Assembly: GCA_040752415.1 (NCBI GenBank)
Contig: JBFMGU010000160.1
Coordinates: 1-24,922 of the forward strand
Length of the DNA: 24,922 nucleotides
Direction of reading: 5' to 3'
DNA from: Myxococcota bacterium
Lineage (GTDB): Bacteria; Myxococcota; JACRCW01
Positions 11,817-20,009 of this stretch are shown here, piece after piece. The translations under genes were made by a program, and so were the position numbers. The stretch's first letter is position 1. The number at the start of each line of letters is the position of its first letter. Under the pieces are notes generated by a model. The model did not search any database and was not told the origin of the DNA. It worked only from the letters and a program-made list of their open reading frames with translations.

Positions 11817-12362
11817 ATGCAGGACGAGACCGCGCAGCAAGAGGACAAGGCCAGCTTCTGGGAACGCATGGTGCGGTACGTCGTGCTGGGCGGGGCCCTG
11901 CTGATGGTGGCCATCATGGCCTCTCAGGGAACGCAGACGCTGCCCACCGGGACCACCGCGCCGCCGCTCAGCATCTGGGATACCGCCGGGGACCCGGTGG
12001 ACCTGGCGCCCTACCGCGGTCGACCGCTGCTGCTGAACTTCTGGGCCACCTGGTGCGGTCCGTGCGTGAGCGAGATTCCCGAGCTGAACCGCGCGCACGA
12101 GGCGCTGGGCAAGGAGGTCAACATCGTGGGGGTGATGGTGATGTCCGGCGGTCCGCAGGAGGCCAAGACGGGCGCGCAACGCCTGGGCATCCGCTACCCG
12201 GTCTGGGTGGCCGACGACGCCACCGCGCAACGCTGGCAGGTCAGCGCCGTGCCCACGAGCTTCCTCATCGACGGAGCGGGCAAGGTACGCTGGACCGCCA
12301 ACGGCACCGTTGACGAGGACGACATCCGCGACGCGCTGCAGTCGCTGCGCCAGGAGAAGTGA
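11817..12362 (+). CDS. TlpA/ResA-family thiol-disulfide oxidoreductase, membrane anchored
   Basis: N-terminal TM segment, LLNFWATWCGPCVSEIP, VSAVPTSFLID. RBS AAGGGAG. Confidence 0.92.
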   Translation: MQDETAQQEDKASFWERMVRYVVLGGALLMVAIMASQGTQTLPTGTTAPPLSIWDTAGDPVDLAPYRGRPLLLNFWATWCGPCVSEIPELNRAHEALGKEVNIVGVMVMSGGPQEAKTGAQRLGIRYPVWVADDATAQRWQVSAVPTSFLIDGAGKVRWTANGTVDEDDIRDALQSLRQEK

Positions 12363-12397
12363 ACGCCACGCACCGGGATGTGCTACACCCGCGCGCC

Positions 12398-13492
12398 ATG
12401 CACCGACGAGCGGCGACCTTCTTGCTGTGGGTAGGCGCCAGCGCCTGCACCCAGCTCCCCCTCCTCCCCGGTCAGGACGCGGGCGTTCCCGCTTGTGAGC
12501 GCAACAGCGACGGCACCGAGCCCGGAGTGGTCACCACGCTGGCCGGCAACGACGCGGAAGGCTCCTCCGACGGCCAGGGAAACAGCGCACGCTTCAGCCT
12601 GCCCGGCGGCGTGGCGGTGGGCCCCAGCGACGTCATCTACGTGGCCGACACCGCCAACAACCGCATCCGCAAGGTGACGCTGGCCGGCATGGTGACGACG
12701 TTCGCGGGCAGCGGCGCGGGCACCGCCAACGGCACCGGCGCGGAGGCGCGCTTCCACTCTCCCTTTGGGCTGGGCGTGGGCCCCGACGGCACCGTCTACG
12801 TGGCCGACACCGCCAACCAACGCATCCGCAAGATCACCCCCGCCGCCGAGGTGACGACGCTGGCCGGCAGCGTGCGCGGCTTCAACAACGGGCCGGGCGC
12901 GGAGGCGCTGTTCGCCCTGCCCTCGAGCGCGGCGGTGGACTCACGCGGACGCGTCATCGTGGCGGACACCGACAACGCGAAGATCCGCAGCATCGACGCC
13001 GACGGCGTGGTGGGCACCGCCGCGGGCAGCACCGCCGGTCACGCCGACGGTTCCGCGCCCACCGCGCGCTTCAATGCTCCCGGAGGAGTGGCCGCCGACG
13101 GAGCGGGCAACATCTACATCGCCGACACGGACAACCACCTCATCCGCAAGCTGGCCGCCAACGGACAGGTCAGCACGCTGGCGGGCAGCGGTGAGCCGGG
13201 GAGCTGCGACGGCGTCGGGGCCGAGGCGGCCTTCCGGTTCCCACGTGGCGTGGCCGTGGACGCGGACGGAAACGTGTACGTGGCCGACACGCTGAACCAC
13301 CTCATCCGCAAGATCACCCCGGACGGAACCGTGAGCACCGTGGCCGGCGCCACCGCGCAATCCGGCACCTCCGACGGCACCGGCGCGGGTGCGCGTTTTG
13401 ACAGCCCGGAGGGCGTGGCGGTGCTGAGCACGGGTGACCTGGTGGTGGCCGACACCGGCAACAACCGCGTCCGTCGGGTGGACCTGCCCTGA
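12398..13492 (+). CDS. NHL-repeat beta-propeller lipoprotein
   Basis: Signal peptide with lipobox VGASA-C. Six repeats of the type A(R/L/A)FxxPxGVAV...YVADTxNxRIRK(I/V)...VxTxAG. Alternative start GTG 12359 overlaps the upstream stop. Confidence 0.9.
   Translation: MHRRAATFLLWVGASACTQLPLLPGQDAGVPACERNSDGTEPGVVTTLAGNDAEGSSDGQGNSARFSLPGGVAVGPSDVIYVADTANNRIRKVTLAGMVTTFAGSGAGTANGTGAEARFHSPFGLGVGPDGTVYVADTANQRIRKITPAAEVTTLAGSVRGFNNGPGAEALFALPSSAAVDSRGRVIVADTDNAKIRSIDADGVVGTAAGSTAGHADGSAPTARFNAPGGVAADGAGNIYIADTDNHLIRKLAANGQVSTLAGSGEPGSCDGVGAEAAFRFPRGVAVDADGNVYVADTLNHLIRKITPDGTVSTVAGATAQSGTSDGTGAGARFDSPEGVAVLSTGDLVVADTGNNRVRRVDLP
12527..13489 (+). repeat. Six NHL coding repeats (about 54 aa each)
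   Basis: Recurrent VADTxN/IRK motif, also visible in DNA as repeated tacgtggccgacac. Confidence 0.85.
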
Positions 13493-13497
13493 GCGGG

Positions 13498-13526
13498 TTG
13501 ACACCTGTGTGATGGCCGTCCATAGC
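13498..13526 (+). promoter_or_regulatory. Sigma-70-type promoter of cstA, probably leaderless
   Basis: Perfect TTGACA (13498-13503), 17-nt spacer, CATAGC (13521-13526), then ATG 8 nt later with no SD sequence. Confidence 0.55.
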
Positions 13527-13534
13527 AGGCGCTC

Positions 13535-15238
13535 ATGAGCCTCCCGCTGCTTGCCGTCGTCGTGCTTGCGGTGCTTGCGCTGGGCTACCGCTTCTACGGC
13601 GGATTCGTGGCGCGCCAGTACAACCTGGACCCTGTTGCCACCACGCCCGCCCACTCCCGCGCCGACGGCGTGGACTTTGTTCCCACCAAGCCGTTCTACC
13701 TGCTGGGACAACACTTCTCCGCCATTGCCGCCGCGGGCCCCATTGCCGGCCCCATCCTGGCCTGCCAGCAGTTCGGGTGGTTGCCCGCCATCCTGTGGAT
13801 TGGTCTGGGCGTGGTCTTCATTGGCGCCGTGCATGACATGAGCACGCTGGTGGCCTCCGTGCGGCACGAGGGGCGGTCCATTGCGGAGGTCATCAAGAGC
13901 GCGCTGGGGCCCAACGCCGGCATGGCCATGCTTGCGTTCATCTGGGTGGCGCTCATCTACGTGATCGTGGCGTTCACCGACGTCACCGCGGCCACCTTCG
14001 TCAGCGGCGACGCCGAGATGAAGGGCCTGGAGTTCCGCTTCAATCCCGGCGGCGCCGTGGCCGCAGCCTCGATCATGTACCTGCTGCTCGCCGTGGCGAT
14101 GGGCCTGGTGGAGCGCTTCCTCAAGCCGCCGCTGTGGCTGCAGACGGCCATCTTCGTCCCCGCCACGTTGCTGGTGGTGTGGCTGGGCACGCAGGTCTCG
14201 ACGTGGCTGGTGCTGGACGCCAAGGTCTGGGCGTTCATCATCCTCGGCTACTGTTTCGTGGCGTCGTTGACGCCGGTGTGGGCGCTGTTGCAGCCACGCG
14301 GCTATCTCGGCGGGTTCGTGTTGTACCTGGCGCTGGGCGTGGGTGTGGTGGGCATCTTCTTTGGCGGCTTTGACGTGGCGCAGGAGCCGTTCAAGGGATG
14401 GAGCGCGGGCGGCGGCAAGATTCCCTTGTTCCCGTTCCTCTTCGTCACCATCGCGTGCGGCGCGTGCTCCGGGTTCCACGGCCTGGTCTGCTCGGGGACC
14501 ACCAGCAAGCAGATTGACCGCGAGGATCACTGTCATCCCGTCGGCTACGGCGCGATGCTGCTCGAGGGATTCGTGGCGTTGATTGCGTTGGCCACGATCA
14601 TGATCGCCAGCAACGCGGACATCACCGGCAAGGCGCCCGGCGCAATCTATGGCAACGGGCTGGGCCGGTTCCTCACCGTCGTCATTGGAGAGGAGCACCT
14701 GCTGTTCGCCACCACGTTCGGCGCCATGGCGTTCTCCACCTTCGTGTTCGACACGCTGGACGTCTCCACGCGCCTGGGTCGCTACATCATCCAGGAGCTG
14801 TTCGGGTGGCAGGGCCGCGTGGCGGCGGTGGTGGCAACGGGAATCACCTGCGCTGTGCCGCTCGTGTTCGTGCTGATGGCGGGCAAGGGCGCGTGGGCCG
14901 CGTTCTGGACGCTGTTCGGGACGAGCAACCAGCTGCTGGCGGCGCTCTCCCTCATTGGCATCACCGTCTGGCTCAAGAAGGCGGGGAAGCGTTACTGGTA
15001 CACGCTGTGGCCCGCGGTGTTCGTCTCCGTCATCACGTGCAGTGCGCTGGTCATGCAGATCCAGGGCGCCTTCTTCTCCGACGGACAGGCCACCGGTGTG
15101 CAGCTCATCAACGGTGCGGTGGCGGTGGTGCTGCTGATGCTGGCCGGTGGGCTGATGCTGTTGGGCGCGCGCGCCATCCTCACGCCGGTGACACCGGTGA
15201 GGGTGCCGCAGCCCGCCTCGGCGGAGTCCGCGCCGTAG
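13535..15238 (+). CDS. cstA: Carbon starvation protein A family transporter
   Basis: TPAH..DGVDFVPT, GQHFSAIAAAGPIAGPI, GAVHD, LLQPRGYL, TIACGACSGFHGLV.SGTTSKQI, GYGAMLLEG, WTLFGTSNQLLA. Confidence 0.95.
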   Translation: MSLPLLAVVVLAVLALGYRFYGGFVARQYNLDPVATTPAHSRADGVDFVPTKPFYLLGQHFSAIAAAGPIAGPILACQQFGWLPAILWIGLGVVFIGAVHDMSTLVASVRHEGRSIAEVIKSALGPNAGMAMLAFIWVALIYVIVAFTDVTAATFVSGDAEMKGLEFRFNPGGAVAAASIMYLLLAVAMGLVERFLKPPLWLQTAIFVPATLLVVWLGTQVSTWLVLDAKVWAFIILGYCFVASLTPVWALLQPRGYLGGFVLYLALGVGVVGIFFGGFDVAQEPFKGWSAGGGKIPLFPFLFVTIACGACSGFHGLVCSGTTSKQIDREDHCHPVGYGAMLLEGFVALIALATIMIASNADITGKAPGAIYGNGLGRFLTVVIGEEHLLFATTFGAMAFSTFVFDTLDVSTRLGRYIIQELFGWQGRVAAVVATGITCAVPLVFVLMAGKGAWAAFWTLFGTSNQLLAALSLIGITVWLKKAGKRYWYTLWPAVFVSVITCSALVMQIQGAFFSDGQATGVQLINGAVAVVLLMLAGGLMLLGARAILTPVTPVRVPQPASAESAP

Positions 15239-15296
15239 CCACATGACAACGCGGTGAGGCCGCAGCACCATCCCTTGTCCTCGTCACGGAGGGAAC

Positions 15297-15692
15297 ATGA
15301 ACGCACGGAGAATGGCGCTCCTGGTCACCGCGGCGGTCCTGGCCTGCGGATGTGACGACCGGAAGGCCCTGGACGTGCGCGACGTCTGCGCACCCGAGCG
15401 CGTCCGCGCCCAGACTGCCTTCGTGGTGCCGGTCACGTTGGAGGTGGCGGGGGAACTGGACGACGTGGAATGCGAGCACGTCCAGGAAGACCAGACGCTG
15501 ACTTTCACCGTGCGCGGGCGCGTGGTGCAGGAGTGCGGCATCACCGCGTATTGCCCCTTGGCCACGGCAGACTGCACCGTGCCCCGCCTGGACCCGGGAA
15601 TCTGGACGCTGCGCTTTCAGGGGAGGGCCGGCGTGACCCGCGCTGTCGACGTGGCCTTCGAGCACGAGCCGTTCGTGTGCCAGAGGAACTGA
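15297..15692 (+). CDS. Small Cys-rich hypothetical lipoprotein
   Basis: RBS GGAGGG; signal peptide ending VLACG-C; six further Cys residues; LDPGIWTLRF beta-strand motif. Confidence 0.75.
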   Translation: MNARRMALLVTAAVLACGCDDRKALDVRDVCAPERVRAQTAFVVPVTLEVAGELDDVECEHVQEDQTLTFTVRGRVVQECGITAYCPLATADCTVPRLDPGIWTLRFQGRAGVTRAVDVAFEHEPFVCQRN

Positions 15693-15774
15693 CCGGCGTT
15701 CTGACGGTGCAGGCGGTGAACCCCGTCGTGGCGGTGGTTTCAGGCCAGCGTGAACAAGCTCCGTCGCGCAGGCG

Positions 15775-16752
15775 CTACAACCGCACCTCGACGTGGGCGT
15801 CCTTGCGCAGCTCACTGATGTAGCGCTTGAACGCGCGCTCCAGCTCCTCGTTGATCAGCTGCTCACGCAGGTCATCGCGGATCTGGTCCTTGCTGCGCGT
15901 CTCCAGGCTCTTGCGCTCCACCACCTGGATCACGTGCCAGCCCAGCGGCGTGCGCACCGGCCCGGTGACCTCTCCCGGCGGGGTGCTGAACGCGGCCTGC
16001 TCGAACGCGGGCATGATGTCACCACGCTTGAAGAAGCCCAGGTCACCTCCGTTGCTGGCGGTGGCCGGGTCGGAGAGCGTGCGCACCAGCGTGGGGAAGT
16101 CCTCTCCCGCCTTGGCGCGCTTCAGCAGCTCCTCCGCGCGCGCCTTCTGCTGCGCCTCCTGCTCCGCGGGTGCGCCCTCGGGCACGGCGAACAACGCGTG
16201 ACGCGCGTGGACCTTGAACTCCTCCTTCTGCAGCCGCGCCCGACGAGCCACCGCGCTCTCGATGTCCTTGTCGGTGAGGGAGAGCTTGCTGCGCACCTTG
16301 AGGTTGATGATCTTGGCCTTCAACATCTGCTTGCGCATGGTCTCGCGGTAGCTGTTCATGGTCATGCCCTGCTGCGCCAGCGCCTGCTTCAGCCCCTCGT
16401 CATCCAGCCGGTTCTGGTTCTTCACCTCCTGGATGGCGCGGTCAATCTCGTCGCTGGTGACGTCGACCTGCAGCTCCTCCACCTGCTGCTGCAACAGCCG
16501 GTCCGCAATGAGTCCCTCCAGGATGTCCTTGCGCATCTCCGCCACGCGCTTCTGGCGCTCCTGGTCCTTCAACGAGGGCGGCAGGGTCCCCAGCAGGGGA
16601 ACCAGCTGCTCCTCCACCTCGCTGAGCAGAACCACGTCGTCATTGACCACCGCCACCACGCGCTCCACCTCGCGGTAGCCCGGCGCGGTGGGCTCCACGG
16701 CCCGCACGCCCGACGTGGAAAGGAACAACACCACCGCCAACGCCGCGCGCAT
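15775..16752 (-). CDS. SurA-like chaperone / parvulin peptidyl-prolyl isomerase
   Basis: Signal peptide. SurA N-domain VERVVAVVNDDVVLLSEV. Rotamase motifs VHARHALF, NGGDLGFF, AFEQAAF, PVRTPLGWHVIQV. RBS GGAGG. Confidence 0.92.
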   Translation of the reverse strand: MRAALAVVLFLSTSGVRAVEPTAPGYREVERVVAVVNDDVVLLSEVEEQLVPLLGTLPPSLKDQERQKRVAEMRKDILEGLIADRLLQQQVEELQVDVTSDEIDRAIQEVKNQNRLDDEGLKQALAQQGMTMNSYRETMRKQMLKAKIINLKVRSKLSLTDKDIESAVARRARLQKEEFKVHARHALFAVPEGAPAEQEAQQKARAEELLKRAKAGEDFPTLVRTLSDPATASNGGDLGFFKRGDIMPAFEQAAFSTPPGEVTGPVRTPLGWHVIQVVERKSLETRSKDQIRDDLREQLINEELERAFKRYISELRKDAHVEVRL

Positions 16753-17738
16753 CACACTCCTCCATCCGGCGCCGCCACGGCGTCCGCAGCCCACAACAAC
16801 GCATCCCGGTCCTTCACCAGGGTGGCCTTGGTCCGCAGCTCCTGCAGCAGCCGGGCCTCGGCCTCCTCCACCTGCCTCTGACGGAGCGCGTCGCGGATGT
16901 CCCCGCCCACCGCCTCCAGCGGCTGGCTCTGCTCGGGCCGGCGCTCGGTCACCTGGAAGACGTGATGGCCGTACTCGCTCGGCACCACGTCGGAGATCTG
17001 GCCGGGCTCCAGGGTGAAGCAGACCTTGTCGAAAACTTCCGGCATCACGCCTTGTGCAAAGAAGCCCAGGTCGCCGCCGCGCTCACGCTCGGGTGCGACG
17101 CTGTGCTCGCGCGCCACCTTCTCGAAGTCCTCACCACGGTCCAGGCGCTTCTTGATGAGCGCGGCTTCCTCGGCGGTGCGCACCACCACCTGCCGGGCGC
17201 GGACCTGCGCGGGCATTTTGTAGCGGGCCTGGTTCTCCTGGTAGTGGCGCGCCACCTGCTCGTCGGAGATGCGGGGCAGCTCGCGGGCGCGGGCCTTGAG
17301 GAACTCCTCGATCAGCAGCTGCTCGTGCAGGCGCTTGCGCATCAGCTCCGGGGTGAGCATCTGCGCGTAGAGCGTGGCCATGAAGTCATGCTTGCGGTAG
17401 CCCGCCTGCGCCGCCTCCCACGCCGCTTCCAACTCCCGCGGGGAGACCTCCACGCCCGCCTTCTGCGCGGCCTGGAGCAGGAGCGCCTGGTCCACCATCT
17501 GCTCCAGCAGCGCTTCCGCCAGCGGCACCCGCGCCGCGTCCACCGCCTCGGGGCGACCATGCAGGCGCCACAGCTCCCGACGCAGCTCCACGGCGGGGAT
17601 GGGATGCCCGTTCACCACCGCCACCGCCCGCGCGCTGTCCCGCGCCTGCGGCGCCCGGGGACACGCGGTGAGCGTGGCCAGGCTGAGCAGGAGGGCGGTG
17701 CCCGTGAGGGTCGCGCGGAGGCGGAGCTCAGTGACCAT
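16752..17738 (-). CDS. PrsA/SurA-like parvulin lipoprotein
   Basis: Lipobox LTA-C, VAVVNGHPI, VRARQVVV, ERGGDLGFF, VVPSEYGHHVFQV. Confidence 0.92.
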   Translation of the reverse strand: MVTELRLRATLTGTALLLSLATLTACPRAPQARDSARAVAVVNGHPIPAVELRRELWRLHGRPEAVDAARVPLAEALLEQMVDQALLLQAAQKAGVEVSPRELEAAWEAAQAGYRKHDFMATLYAQMLTPELMRKRLHEQLLIEEFLKARARELPRISDEQVARHYQENQARYKMPAQVRARQVVVRTAEEAALIKKRLDRGEDFEKVAREHSVAPERERGGDLGFFAQGVMPEVFDKVCFTLEPGQISDVVPSEYGHHVFQVTERRPEQSQPLEAVGGDIRDALRQRQVEEAEARLLQELRTKATLVKDRDALLWAADAVAAPDGGV

Positions 17739-18795
17739 GCGGGTCTTTGCCCTCTTCCCCTTCCGTCGGCTCGCCGAGGGCGGGTGCGTTGCTGTGCGGC
17801 GGCGGCATCTGCGCGGAGGGAGCGGGACCGCCGGCAATCTTCATGGCGGCCAGCTTGGCGTCGTCAACCTTCACGGTGGCCTTGTTCTTCAGGTCCTCCA
17901 CGAACTTGTTGAACGACTCGGTGCGACGCTCCCGGAACAGCCGGTTGCGGATCTGCGTCTCCACCTGCTCCAGCGTGCGGTCAATGGGCTTGCGCTTGCC
18001 GGTGCTCTTGAGCACGTAGAAGCCCTGCTTGCCCTCGACGACGCCGGACAGGTCGTTGACGTTGGCCAGGGTGAAGCACGCCTCCGCCACCGGAGTCCCG
18101 TGCTTCTCCTCCATCTCCTTGCGCGTGAGGTACTTGAGGTCACCGCCCAGGGCCTTGCTCTCGGCGTCCTCGCTGTGCGCCATGACGACGTCACGGAAGG
18201 GGTCCGGGCTGATGGGCTTGCCGGGCTCCGGCTTCTTGGCCGCGGCGTCCTTCACCGCCTTCAGCGCGGTCTCTGCCTTCTTCTTCCCGCCGTCCTTGTT
18301 GGCCACGATCACCGCGCTGCAGCGCGCCATCTCGGGCTTGTGGAACTCGTCGGGATGCTCGTCGTAGTACTTCTTGACGTCCTCGGGCTTGATGTCCTCC
18401 TGCTTGACCTGGCTGTCGTATTCCAGGCGGGTCAGCTTCTGGACCATGACCTTCTTGAGGGCGTCCTGCACCTCGGGGTCCTTGTCATAGCCACGACGCA
18501 CCGCCTCCTGTGCAAGCACCTCCTGGCGGATGAGCCCCTCCAGGAACTCCCGACGCTTGGCCACGTCCTGGAAGCGCGGGCGGGCAAACGGCCCCTGCGC
18601 GTTGATCTTCTCCTCCAGCTCCTCGACGGTGATGACGCTCTCGCCCACGTTGGCCACGGGCGTGCCGCTCTTCTGCGTCACCATCTTGACACCGCCACCA
18701 CCCGCGGCGGCACCGCCACCGGAAGCGCCCTGGTTGGGGCAGCCGAGGAGGAGCGAGAGCGCGAACAATCCAGCAACACCGGCACGGCGAAACAT
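17728..18795 (-). CDS. PrsA-like parvulin lipoprotein with a degenerate active site
   Basis: Lipobox LLG-C, PVANVGESVIT, KKYYDEHPDEF, HSEDAESKALGGDL, SGVVEGKQGFYVLK. RBS GAGG. Confidence 0.9.
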   Translation of the reverse strand: MFRRAGVAGLFALSLLLGCPNQGASGGGAAAGGGGVKMVTQKSGTPVANVGESVITVEELEEKINAQGPFARPRFQDVAKRREFLEGLIRQEVLAQEAVRRGYDKDPEVQDALKKVMVQKLTRLEYDSQVKQEDIKPEDVKKYYDEHPDEFHKPEMARCSAVIVANKDGGKKKAETALKAVKDAAAKKPEPGKPISPDPFRDVVMAHSEDAESKALGGDLKYLTRKEMEEKHGTPVAEACFTLANVNDLSGVVEGKQGFYVLKSTGKRKPIDRTLEQVETQIRNRLFRERRTESFNKFVEDLKNKATVKVDDAKLAAMKIAGGPAPSAQMPPPHSNAPALGEPTEGEEGKDPHGH

Positions 18796-18965
18796 GGTCG
18801 GGACCTCAAGAGCAGGACGTCATCCGTCCCAGGAGGATGGCGCATCTACCGCCGGCCCCCCTCACCGCGCAACGTGCTCGCCCCCCTCGGGCTCTGCCCC
18901 GAACGCAGCCGCCACGGCGGGGCGCGGTTACATCCGCGGGACACGTGGGGGCACGAGGTGCGGTC

Positions 18966-19388
18966 ATGGTCCCAGGGAAGGCCTCCCGGGTGATGCTCTT
19001 GGCAACGTGGCTGGTGTCCGCGACGGGGCTGGGCGCGCCGCCGGAAGAGCACGCCGGGAGCACGCTGGGTGAGGCCACACCGGAATCGCGACGGGCGTAT
19101 CTGCAGGACGTGCAGGCCCAGCTGGCCGCGCTGGAGACGTTGATAGCGCACGTGCAGACCGCAGCGTTGCAGATGCCACCTACGACGCGGACGGTGACGC
19201 AGGATGACGTGGCGGAGCTGCGCGGGCAGTGCGACCGCATCCGCGTCCTGATGGGTCGCCTGCAGGGTGCCGACGAGGCGGACTGGGAGCGGCAACGCGT
19301 GGCGTTGGACGGGGCACTGGGCGCGCTGCGCCTGGAGGTGCACGAGCGCATGAACCGCGTGGGGATCGTGGGGCCGCCCACGCCGTGA
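18966..19388 (+). CDS. Hypothetical exported helical (coiled-coil) protein
   Basis: RBS GAGGTG before ATG 18966, signal-like N-terminus, amphipathic helices (RRAYLQDVQAQLAALETLI; LQGADEADWERQRVALDGALGALR). Confidence 0.65.
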   Translation: MVPGKASRVMLLATWLVSATGLGAPPEEHAGSTLGEATPESRRAYLQDVQAQLAALETLIAHVQTAALQMPPTTRTVTQDDVAELRGQCDRIRVLMGRLQGADEADWERQRVALDGALGALRLEVHERMNRVGIVGPPTP

Positions 19389-19488
19389 CGCCGGGCTGCC
19401 GCACCCGGGCGTGGTCCGTACAAAGACGCGGGCGGAGAGGCGCTCGGGCGGTCCGCCCGTCGTGGAGATGGCGAGCGCGGAGGCGGAC

Positions 19489-19932
19489 ATGAGACGCGGG
19501 ATGGGCTTGGCGTGGCTCCTGTGCGGCGTGGCGGGATGCATGGGCCCGGGCGAGGAGGGCGGCCAGTACTACGAGGTGCAGGTGGTGTCCGCGGCGGTGG
19601 CTCCCGACGACAACGGGTTGCCCTGGGACCCGGACGGCTCCCCTCCCGACGTGAAGGTCACGCTGACCTGCCCCGGCCGTCCGCCCACGGTCACCACTGA
19701 GGTGGAGAGCTTTGCGCCCACGTTCGGCACCGGCGCCTGTTCCGCCAGCCGACGTGACCTGCAGGACGACGGCGTGTTCGTGCTGGTGGAGGACGTGGAC
19801 CCCGGGTTCAACGCGGTGATCCTCAACGGCGTCAACATCCGCCCCCGTCCCGACGAGCTGCTGGACGGCCAGCTGGTCTATGGCCCGGAGGGCGGCCTGC
19901 AGAGCATCACCCTGCGCTTCATCCGCAAGTGA
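19489..19932 (+). CDS. Hypothetical lipoprotein, possible C2-like beta-sandwich
   Basis: RBS GGAGG, lipobox VAG-C, YEVQVVSA...WDPDGSPPDVKVTL...FVLVEDVD. Confidence 0.75.
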   Translation: MRRGMGLAWLLCGVAGCMGPGEEGGQYYEVQVVSAAVAPDDNGLPWDPDGSPPDVKVTLTCPGRPPTVTTEVESFAPTFGTGACSASRRDLQDDGVFVLVEDVDPGFNAVILNGVNIRPRPDELLDGQLVYGPEGGLQSITLRFIRK

Positions 19933-20009
19933 CCGGGGAATTCCGGCGGTTGCGGCGCAATGCAACGTCGTGGGAGATAGGCGCGGCGCCACCGTGACGG
20001 CGCAACGCC

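Noticed and set aside
11712..12230. N-terminal extension of the binding-permease ORF
   Set aside because: It overlaps the divergent TlpA gene; the signal peptide begins at about 11708.
12527..13489. Regularly spaced DNA repeats resembling an array
   Set aside because: They are in-frame NHL protein repeats, not CRISPR or non-coding repeats.
15693..15774. Possible bidirectional terminator between convergent genes
   Set aside because: Only a weak GACGG/CCGTC stem and no U-tract.
19933..19966. Short inverted repeats (CCGG-GGAATT-CCGG; GTTGC-N8-GCAAC) before bestrophin 1
   Set aside because: Too short to distinguish from chance in GC-rich DNA without comparative data.
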